Assembly: GCA_037834085.1 (NCBI GenBank)
Contig: JBBMKC010213918.1
Coordinates: 1 to 34,983 of the forward strand
DNA from: Bipalium vagum
Taxonomy: Eukaryota
Length of the DNA: 34,983 nucleotides
Direction of reading: 5' to 3'
Shown here in pieces: positions 25,615-34,983 of the stretch. Under the pieces are notes generated by a model, which saw only the letters and a program-made list of their open reading frames with translations, was not told where the DNA came from and did not search any database. The first letter of the stretch is position 1; the number at the start of each line of letters is the position of its first letter. The position numbers and the translations under genes were made by a program.

Positions 25615-26340
25615 CACGGAGTCCCAAAAGTAACCGAAACGCAAATTTACATAAAATTTAGATATAAAAAAATTAATTTAATAGGTATATTTAGTAATTA
25701 CAAATGTTCGAAATGTCCACCTTGAACTTCAATACAATCACGACATCTTTTGACAACACAGCGACATACTTTCTGGCAAAAATAGAAATTTGGTGCTGAA
25801 TACTGTTTTAGTTGATCAATCGTTCTAGGCTTATTAGCATAAACGACGTTCTTTAGAACCTCTCGTAGAAACAAAAAGGCGGTACCAGATCCTGGGATCT
25901 GGTAGGCCATTCGATTGGTTCTCAGGGTCTAATCAAACGCCCAAGAAATGTTTCATCAAGTCGTTGTCGAACAGCTTTGATGAAATGCACAGGTGCTCCA
26001 TTTTATTGAAATTGAAGATCGCCGAAATGGGAGAACCCATTAACAATAGGAAACATATATTCAGCATATTAAGGTAATGTTCACCATTAACAGTTCCTTC
26101 AAAGAAGAATGGGCCAACTAGGCCAGTGCTGCCGATTCCAAGATTATTGAATTCCGTTTCAATAATACGACGGGGATTCTCACTGTCCCAATAAACAGAA
26201 TTGTATCTGATAACATACCCATTCAGTTTGAAGCAAGCTTCAGGACTACGTAATATGAAATCTGGAAACTCTGGTGATTCTTCAATAAATTTTTAAAAAT
26301 TCTCACAAAATTCTAATCGTTTATCCGGTCACCCTCATTA
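25615..26340 (-). mobile_element. DD41D (rosa/Visitor)-like transposase remnant, 3' portion
   Basis: DKRLEFCE, FILRSPEACFKLNGYVIRYNSVYWDSENP, GLVGPFFFEGTVNGEHYL, FQ*NGAPVH...EWPTRSQDL (spacing about 41) and VVYANKPRTIDQLK...CIEVQGGHFEHL. TIR-like CACGGAGTCCCAAAAGTAACC at 25615. Confidence 0.8.
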
Positions 26341-27943
26341 CACAAGATTAAACATTGTCCATTTACTCTGTACATTTGTTTTGAAGTTTGCTTCCATCTT
26401 CCTTCAACATCCTTGTAAATCTCAAAAACGAAGATACATTTGTTTAGATCTAAAATCCTTATTATTTATAATTATTAATTTTTAAAAAGTTTAAATTTTA
26501 AATTTGAGATTACTTTTTAATTTATATATTTAGATTATAAATTTTAAATAAATTAAATAAAATCAATATTATAATTCAATAATATAGTTCAAAGATTGAT
26601 AATTTTAAAAATTAGTGTAAAATAAGAATTACGGTGAAAAAAATTTACGGATTTTTCTACATATCCTTTACAGCTGTATATATATATATATATATAGCAA
26701 AATATGATTAATTCAAATTCAAATTTAAAAATTTTACATCTTTGAGCAATGTACTATATGAAAATATTGATATCAGTTAACTGAACTTCTCGTTAATTAA
26801 TTTAGCAATATACAAAAATGGCAGTGAAATGGAATTTTGTCAATAAAAAAAGTGAGAAGCTTTAAAATATTTGCAACTAATTCAATTTTAGACAGTGAAA
26901 AAACGAAATTGAATTAAACTTATTCAAATGAGCCGATCATTTTTTAAAAAATGAAAATAAAATGTTTAAACAGCACTATTGTCAATAAGCGATTACTTCA
27001 GGAATATAAATTTCATTTCAGAATTGTTAAATATATGTAAAATATTTCAAAAACTCTGCTTTTTTAATTAAATATTGAAATAGATAGACAACAACAGGTT
27101 GTGACAATGTCATTCGTAACCTAAATATTTAGAAAACAAATTAACCGATTTAGAGAAATATATTCTCAATCTAAAGAGAAATGTAACATTTCAAAAAAAT
27201 TTCATTTCCGAACAAATAAAACATTAATATAATTTTAATAATTTCAGAATTTTGAAGTTGATGTCAATTGCTTTCTTAATTACTGAAAAAGAAAATGATT
27301 CGTTGAAAAGATTTGTTAAGAGAATATATGAATATTTTTTCATCAAAAAAATTGAAAATATTTTAATTAAATTGATTTATTAAATAAGTATATTATATTC
27401 GTAATATTTTTTAATACATTAAATAAAACAAAATTGTATCAATTTTCATTATAAAATTATCTAATTAAAAATTGAACGCGTTTTTTATTTAAAATATTAA
27501 AAATGGTCTGAAAATCTTCTATAAACTTATAAAATGTGTAATTTTATTACAAATGACCATCATTGAGATGAAAAAATTTAGAAATTCTAACTATAATTCT
27601 AGACAATAATTCTGAGTAACTATTTTGCATAATAGTCATGAAATAAGTCAATATTTATTTGAGATTTAAAATATTTTACTGATTCTATGGAAATTTTTAA
27701 AAAGCAGGATCCTTGAAAACATAACCCCATAAACCACAAGAAATAAGTTTTCGTTAATAAATAAATCATTAACATTAAAAAAAACAAATAAAAAAATACT
27801 TTTATCTATATTCATTATATACAGATCGAAATCAATGTGTTTAAGCATGCCCATTCTAACAACACTAATAAGACCACATTCGTAACAGAAAGATTGTACT
27901 ACACTGTGCCATTGCAACTCATTCATAAAATCTTACGTCTTAC

Positions 27944-27977
27944 CCTAATAACTTCAGGACAAGCATAATGAGGAGAG
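27944..27977 (-). CDS. BRSK: BRSK/SAD-1 kinase microexon (34 bp), subdomain VIII
   Basis: aatcag|C TCT ... AGG|gtaaga, phase 2-0. Encodes (G)SPHYACPEVIR, with the BRSK-typical CPE in place of APE. Confidence 0.95.
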
Positions 27978-28041
27978 CTGATTAATTTTATTAAGTTAAT
28001 AATATTGAAAAAATTTTTATCATAAAGCTTTTGAAAACTTA

Positions 28042-28242
<201 letters not shown>

Positions 28243-30789
28243 TTAAGTAAGTTATTAATTCTATATTGATTAATTCTTAAAACCAGTTTTTTAGGAATAA
28301 GTAACGTTAAAGATTTCTAACATACAAATTACAAAAAGCGTCCTAACAGAGATAGTAATTATCACTTAAAATACAAAAAAAATTAAAACTAAGTATAATT
28401 TTTTTTTCAAAATTAACTGAGACTCAATAGTATAAAAAAGAGATCTGTTGAAATAATGCCGACAGTTAAACTTTACTTCATTTATATTGATTAAGAAAAA
28501 GAAAATGGAAAATTTTAGTTTTCCATAAAATATTTTTAGTCAATTTTCATTTACTATTTCACTTTTAATTATGAATAATTATTGAACTTTAGAAGATCAA
28601 AAGTCAGAATCTAAAAATGCTTTGATTTTTTGTAAATCGTGTTATAGAAATAAAAATATTCTGTTAAAATAATACCAATAGTTAAAGACTTATTCATTTT
28701 ATTTATCTTTCTTGTCCTTTTTAACAGTCCAAATGTAATTCATATAATCTATCAATTTCCTATTAGTCAGTGTCCCTTGAGACTTGAGTCTGATTCAACT
28801 TATTGATAGTAGTAATTAATGAAATTAATATATACTTCTAATATTACGGTAATTGATTATTTACTTAATAATTGTCTGTGGAATTATGTCCGTTTGAGTC
28901 AATTAAGATTCCAAAAATAATTTTTAACTTAACAGGAAAACTTCAGAAATTTTTCAAATAGGAACTCGAAAATGATTAAAATAAGGTTTATTTCATTAAT
29001 CGTAAATAGTGATCAGTATAATCTATGATAATTTTAATAAAAAGTAATTTATATTTATAAATCAACTTATTTAATATTTCATTTTATTGATCAAATTTTG
29101 AAATAAAAAATCAATAATTTCACAATAAATAATACAAATAACGGGATTCCAAATATTTACAACTGAAGAAATGTTCAATAGAAATAATAAATGCGAAAAC
29201 GCATAGATCATATAAATTTCAAAATTATCAATAAAATTTTAATTAAATATTCACCCTGTTTATTTTAATCTCATGTGTGGCATAGCGCGTTCAAGATGGT
29301 TAATTATTAATGTTAAGTGAAAACAGCGCAAAAATAACTTTAAATATTAAAGTATGATATAAAAAAGAACATAAATAGAAAATCTAATACCGAAATAATT
29401 GAATTGTACATGAACTGTTAGAAAAAAATGAATATATAATAATCATACCAAAAATAAAGATAACTTGGAGAAAACTAAAATTAAATATTGAAAAATAGAA
29501 AAATAAAAGGAAATTGAAATTTTTCTAATTTATATTGCTGATTTTATTTTCAGATCTAAAGGTTCCTCACAATTTTTTTTTCACTAATTATATTTTTATT
29601 ACCTTATCTTTTTATCTCAGATTTTAAAAATCTAAAACAAAAAATTTTTTCATCAAAGTTTAGATTTTCCTATAACTACTAGTTTTTTTACGAATTTATT
29701 TAGAACAAAAAAACAATACATTCTATACTTTAGTAATGAGTATAAAATTTATGGTGTAAAAAGAATATTATATTTATCACATCAAAAGATTTTACATAAA
29801 ACTGCTTGAAAAAAATATGGAACTTTGATTGTTCAATATTTGCAATATGATCTAAATATCTGGTATAGAAAGAAAAAAACTAAAGAGAGATCCGTATGTA
29901 TATCCATTGTAAAGGAGAAATTCCATATTTCTCATCAATGTCTTTCAAGACATTAAGTCGATTTTCAAAAGGTCAGAATGTTTTATAATTAACAAAATTA
30001 CCCTTTACGAGTGAAAAGTAATTTTGATGTATCGATTAAAATTAAACTGAGAAATATTAATTTCTTTTTGAAAAAGAAATGAATAACATTGTATTTATCA
30101 CACTTATAAAGGTTAGGGTAAACAATAATATTATTGAATAACTGTGGTATTAGAGATTCTTATTTAAAATTAATTATTAATTGAAAATAAAAAACCCTTA
30201 CTCAATATGTAAAAATTGTTGTATATATAATTCAATCATAATAATTAGAGTTAAAAGAAAAATAATTTTAAGTATGCATAAAACTTGAAATAAATATTTT
30301 TTTAAATAAATGTACTTTCTGAATAATCAATTAACTATATGTTTAAAAACAACATACTAATATGTATTGTTGTCATGGTTATCCTTTATGTAACCCAGGA
30401 GTAAGTGTTATTATATCTTTTATTCAGAGATGGAAAATTATTGTCTCTAAGTTACTTGTCCTGTATCAGAAAAAAATATTGTCTTAATTTAAGAAATTTA
30501 GGAAAACAACTTTTAAAAACATATGGTAGAGTTAACGAATCTAGAGGCGGAAAAATTTAGCAAATCCATTGACTGGTTTTATTAGGCAAAACAAATTAAT
30601 CAAGATTTATGTTAACTACCATAAAACTATTTGAAATATTGTAAGCCATTTATAAGTCTACAATCGATTGTAAATTAAAATATAACAGCAATCTGAAAGC
30701 AGATACAACAACCAATTTATAAATAATAAACTGAAAAATTTTCAATTAAATCAGAAGTGAATAAAAAATAATAGTCAAAGATATTGATA

Positions 30790-31430
30790 TTTCGAATAAG
30801 AGCCAAATTCCTGGTTTTCAGTTCCGATTGAAAAGTTATATTTTCATTCTGCTTCTATCACTGATAGCTTAAAGTCAATCTCCATAGATTTTGCCATCTG
30901 TTGTTCTTTTACAGTAATAATAAGACCATTGACAAATGTATTTTGGGACCGCACCTAATGAAACCAAAGCGAAAGTACTTTCTTAAATTCTTCGTAAATT
31001 CTGACTTTGTTTCGTTTGCATTTAAAACACTTGTTTCAAATACCTTACGGAGAGCATTTCTTGGGCTTGTATGTGGAATGTGGTAAGACCCATTGAAAAA
31101 TAACTTAAAATATGTTTTTTTCTTGGTTTTATCCTTTGATATTTCCAACACCTTGATTTTGTCTGTAGCTAAAAACAATTTTCAATGTAGTCTCTTTTGA
31201 ATGCATCCATTCAATATAGAAATTTATATTATGTTTCTTCTTATTCTCAAGGGATGTTGTTATGTAATAGTAATCTCTTATATGAGGGATTTAATTGTAA
31301 TTTTGAATTTTTATTGTCTATTATATAATGGTTTCCATTACATCCGGATCATTTCATAAGTAAAGTAGACGTACGGGAAGACGGACTTCAAAAATTCTAT
31401 TACATCCGGTTTGCTCTTATATCCAAGTCT
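30790..31430 (-). mobile_element. pogo/Tigger-like remnant (CENP-B-type HTH region)
   Basis: An alternative frame of the 30909-31178 ORF reads YEEFKKVLSLWFH*VRSQNTFVNGLIITVKEQQMAKSMEIDFK. Subterminal repeats ATTACATCCGG occur near 31337 and 31399. Confidence 0.65.
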
Positions 31431-32797
31431 TTTTTTTAATTTTATAATTATTATCAAATTCATATTTTAATGATTTTCATTTTAAAAAATGATAATATGA
31501 AAATTAAACATTTATTACTAGTGAAATTATTAACCATGTAAATCAATCATAACATTAAAAAACAGATAAAATAATTTTTCGAAATGATATTTTATTAAAG
31601 GTACAGAATATTAATAGTGATAATAGACAACGATGCAATTAAAGTTGTTTAATGTAAAACTTCCTTATAATACCAGGATAAATTCCATGTGAAAATGAAA
31701 GTTTTTTTATAAAATATTCAATATATTTGTCGAAACAAAAATCATTTTCGATTAAATCTAAATATCTATTCTATATATAATGAAGACATTTTTTTTATAA
31801 ATGAAACTATAAAACCAATAATTATTCTTTGAATTTTCAACTTTTAGACTAAAAATTTTTCAATTCCTTTCCGATAAAAAGAAATCTAGTAACATAAAAT
31901 TATAATATTTATGAAATCGTTAAAACCTTTAAACTAACATTGGAGCTCATTAATAAAGATTTGAGACTTAACCTCGTTACATAATTATCCTAAAAAAATA
32001 CTATAACATAATATAACGAGATTTTAATCAATTAATTGTATTTTTTATCACTAGGGCTTAGATTTATGACCTTATAAAATAAATGTAAAAATATGACACT
32101 AAACATATTAATTAACCTTTGGTAAGTTTAGCAATACATATACGAAAAATGAAACTTTATGTAAAATTTTTATTACAATACACGGCTAATTTTTTTAAAG
32201 TTCTCAAATGAAAAAGATCTCCCTCCGGTTACCTACAAGAACATTATTATACGTGATAATGAACCTTCAACATATAAAGGGAGCATGTTTCATAAATATG
32301 ACATATTCCGTAGATATTTTATGTGGAGATTAGTAGTAGTTAATGTTATTCCTCAATAATATACTTGAATATTTTTTCATTAAATTAAAACCTAAACATG
32401 TTATCGTAAACTTGCTGAGAATTTCTTGAACTTTGTCACCTATTACTTTATGTAATGATTACTCTACTGAATCAATGACATTAATGTCATCAATTAATAT
32501 TCCTATCTTTTTTTAAGTTTCTTAATTATATCGGGTAGAAACGTAAAAATAACCCTTATGTAGACCAACACATTTTAATGTCACTAAAATCAAAAGTACT
32601 TTGTGCTTCTTTAATCGTAATTGAAACTTCACTGTCAAACTGTGATCTTATATATCTTAAGACGCTAAAATTTTCAGTATGGTAAATGGCTGCATTTAAT
32701 CATGTTCCATATTAAATTAGTATTGGTTGTGAAGGTAAGGGTAAAATAGGAGCACGTTTTCGGAATATATCGCCCAGATACAGAGATTTTATAAATA

Positions 32798-33742
32798 CAA
32801 TCAAACCCCGTTATAAAGGACAGGTTCGTACAGCGTGAAAATGTCCCTTATAAATGGGTGCCCTTAAGAACGGGGATTGTCAATTATGTAAGAACGTAAA
32901 ACTAAAATATTGTTATGACATTTTAAAGTTATTTAAGTTATTATTAGTTGAAAAAAAAGAAACCGAAATCACATTCCAAATGTAATATTTTATTTAAAGT
33001 ATTCAATCAATGTTCTTTGTTTCAGTATTGGGTGCAAAATAATTTTTTTTCTTCAAACTTCATAAAATTATTTAGGAGATTTACATCAGCTGGTGTATTA
33101 TTTGAACAAAGAAATCTTCTAATAGTATGAAAACAATTAACAACTTCCTTTTTACTTGGAATCGGCACTAGTTCATTGACAGATTCCTCCTCATCTGAAG
33201 ATAAATTATTCGTTGATTTAACAATTCCAACAATCTCTTCCGCATTCAGTTCCTCCCAAATATCACTATTATTAAGGCAGACATATTCATCGCTGATAAA
33301 GGAGATTCGAAATTGATTTTATCGATGGAAATATGAATATCTTGCAATTCTGAATCAATGTCAGATTTAGACAAGGAGGTTTCAAGAGTGATTAACCCAG
33401 CATGATTCCAACAATTTACAATTATTGAATCACTAATTGTAAATTGTTGGAATCATGCTGGGTTAATCACTCTAATATTCGGTTTCTTTTTCGGTTTCTT
33501 TTTTTTCAACTAATAATAACTTAAATAACTTTAAAATGTCATGACAATATTTTAGTTTTAATATATATATATATCCATTGGTTTTCTCAAATAAAACTTT
33601 TTAGAATGACATGCAGATTACATAAAATTATTACCCTTTATGACGGAGGAATACGACGTGTTTCTATATAAAAATTGGTCCCCAAAGATTTGGTAATAAA
33701 GTGCCCCTAATAAAGGGGATGCCTTATCATGTGGTTCAACTG
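32798..33742 (-). mobile_element. Internally deleted pogo/Tigger element (945 bp) nested in the hAT transposase
   Basis: Ends CAATCAAACCCCGTTATAAAG and (reverse complement) CAGTTGAACCACATGATAAGG. TA duplication at 32796-32797 and 33743-33744. Retains the C-terminus IIVNCWNHAGLI...acidic SSDEEES...PSKKEV...KQRTLIEYFK. Confidence 0.88.
33385..33473. repeat. Perfect 40-bp inverted repeat with a 9-nt loop
   Basis: AGAGTGATTAACCCAGCATGATTCCAACAATTTACAATTA (33385-33424), loop TTGAATCAC, then the exact reverse complement (33434-33473). Confidence 0.97.
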
Positions 33743-34690
33743 TATCTTCTTGCTTGTGCTAATTAAATGATCAATAATAGGAGATAATCTTTTAATCTCC
33801 TCGCATACTCTACGCAAAGAATGCACAATGCATGTTACATGAACCATTTCTATATAAAGGCACTGTAAAGATTTTCCTGTTTTTACCATATATTGTGCAA
33901 CATCGGTTAGAAATAATTAAAAATTCTCAAATTTCATTTCATCTTGCCATGGTATAAGCATAGACACGTCGAATAACTAGCAAATTGACCAGGTATTCGT
34001 TTTTTCAAAAACCTCGCTTGTTAAGAGAAAAAAGTTTGTTTCCTAATTCCGATAATATACGTACAATAACATTTCAATAAAACGTCCCTCAACATTATTG
34101 GTTTTATCAATAGAAATCTTTTGTCGAATGCCACTTACTATGTGGTCATAGCACATATCTATATATTTTTTCAATATTGGGGGGACTAACGTGAAATTTC
34201 ATTATTTATATATTTAAGCAAAAAACAAAGCAGTTACATTTTGCAGATTTTTTAATTGGAATATTTGCATAAATAAATGTGTTACATAAATCAATTGAAA
34301 ATGTTTACATACCATGTTCTAATAAAATATTTAAGATCAAACTTTGTTCACTTTTTACTTTATTTTAGATTCGACGTTCTTTTTTTCTGAAAATATGTTG
34401 CTCCATATTAAGTCGTTTATCAGACACCTTTGTATTGTATATTTTGCAAAAAAATAATTCGCTCATGTAATAACCATATTTCTTAAACAACTTGCGAGAT
34501 TTAATTTGGTTTTCGGCATTACTACATTATATAAAATTAAAAATTGAATTTCATTAAATTAAAAAGTTAATTAAAAATCCGCTTATGTTTATTTGAACGA
34601 ACTATGGTTTTTAAAAAAATGTAACCAAAATTTAAATTATGACATATTGACTAAAATGACTTATAAACAAAAATCGTCTTAAATTACATA

Positions 34691-34765
34691 CAGTGCAACT
34701 TCTATTTTGGACCACAAAATTTCAAAAGTGGCCCAAAAATAGAAATTGGTCCAATATTAGAAGTT
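34691..34765. mobile_element. pogo/Tigger-like terminus (partner end not in the window)
   Basis: TA-CAGTGCAACTTCTATTTTGGACCA followed by two inverted subterminal copies, TGGCCCAAAAATAGAAATT and TGGTCCAATATTAGAAGTT. This is typical Tigger end architecture. Confidence 0.65.
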
Positions 34766-34873
34766 AAGACATAAAAAGGTAATAAAACATTTTTATATGA
34801 ACTTATTTGGATGTAATAATAGAAATTTAAAAAACAACAAGATTCTTTATTGCGAAGTTGCTTGGCAATATTA

Positions 34874-34900
34874 CAGTGCGCGTAAAGTCTGTCCACCCCC
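34874..34900. mobile_element. Possible Tc1-type terminal inverted repeat
   Basis: TA-CAGTGCGCGTAAAGTCTGTCCACCCCC resembles Tc1-family ends (CAGTG...AAAG...CACCCC). No partner end is visible. Confidence 0.4.
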
Positions 34901-34983
34901 TATAAATTTAATTGAAAAGAATATTTTAAACAAGGAAATTTATTAAATGAACAAGTCTTAATATTGAATAGGATATCCCTTTG

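Larger units (their letters stand above)
32052..34690 (-). mobile_element. hAT-superfamily transposon of the DUF659/CGGBP type; decayed transposase from about 34519 to 32170, split by a Tigger insertion
   Basis: Terminus TAGGGCTTAGATTTATGACC at 32052. Ordered motifs: MPKTK..., LFFCKIYNTKVSDKRLNMEQHI (BED-like finger), ANIP, ISIDKTNNVEGRF, LFLTDVAQYMVKTGK, HVTCIVHSL, PLPSQPILI*YGT*LNAA (TRW motif), VEGSLS (ERSFS) and RSFSFEN. The other end was not seen. Confidence 0.85.

Noticed and set aside
27666-27926. 86-aa ORF adjacent to the BRSK microexon
   Set aside because: It is intronic, low-complexity and AT-driven, with no motif. The microexon has a good donor and joins the 23386 exon in frame.
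32200-32240. VTGG-like sequence as the missing upstream kinase exon (SGGELF)
   Set aside because: It is not in frame with ELFDY. It is explained by the hAT C-terminus (VLVGNRR/RSFSFEN).

Overview
This is very AT-rich, intron-containing eukaryotic (animal) genomic DNA, not prokaryotic. The tiny introns and the mix of mariner families would fit a flatworm such as a planarian, but that host assignment is only an inference. Two partial host genes lie on the minus strand, one on each side of a 143-N assembly gap (20252-20394). The first is four kinase-domain exons of a BRSK/SAD-1 family Ser/Thr kinase (28159 down to 23120). The second is the last five exons of mitochondrial dimethylglycine dehydrogenase, DMGDH (18151 down to 5533). 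All nine exons have AG acceptors, the eight non-terminal ones have GT donors, and they join in frame within each gene. The 3' half of BRSK and the 5' half of DMGDH are both missing, and there is no room for them between the two blocks. The introns are filled with decayed cut-and-paste DNA transposons: mariners resembling the cecropia, mauritiana and irritans subfamilies, Tc1, DD41D, DD37D/maT, pogo/Tigger, and a CGGBP/DUF659-type hAT. Several are nested. One Tigger copy has a perfect 40-bp hairpin plus a 72-bp inverted duplication at its internal deletion junction. I saw no RNA genes, CRISPR arrays or retrotransposon ORFs, and I found no convincing novel system. All family assignments come from motif recognition, not database searches.
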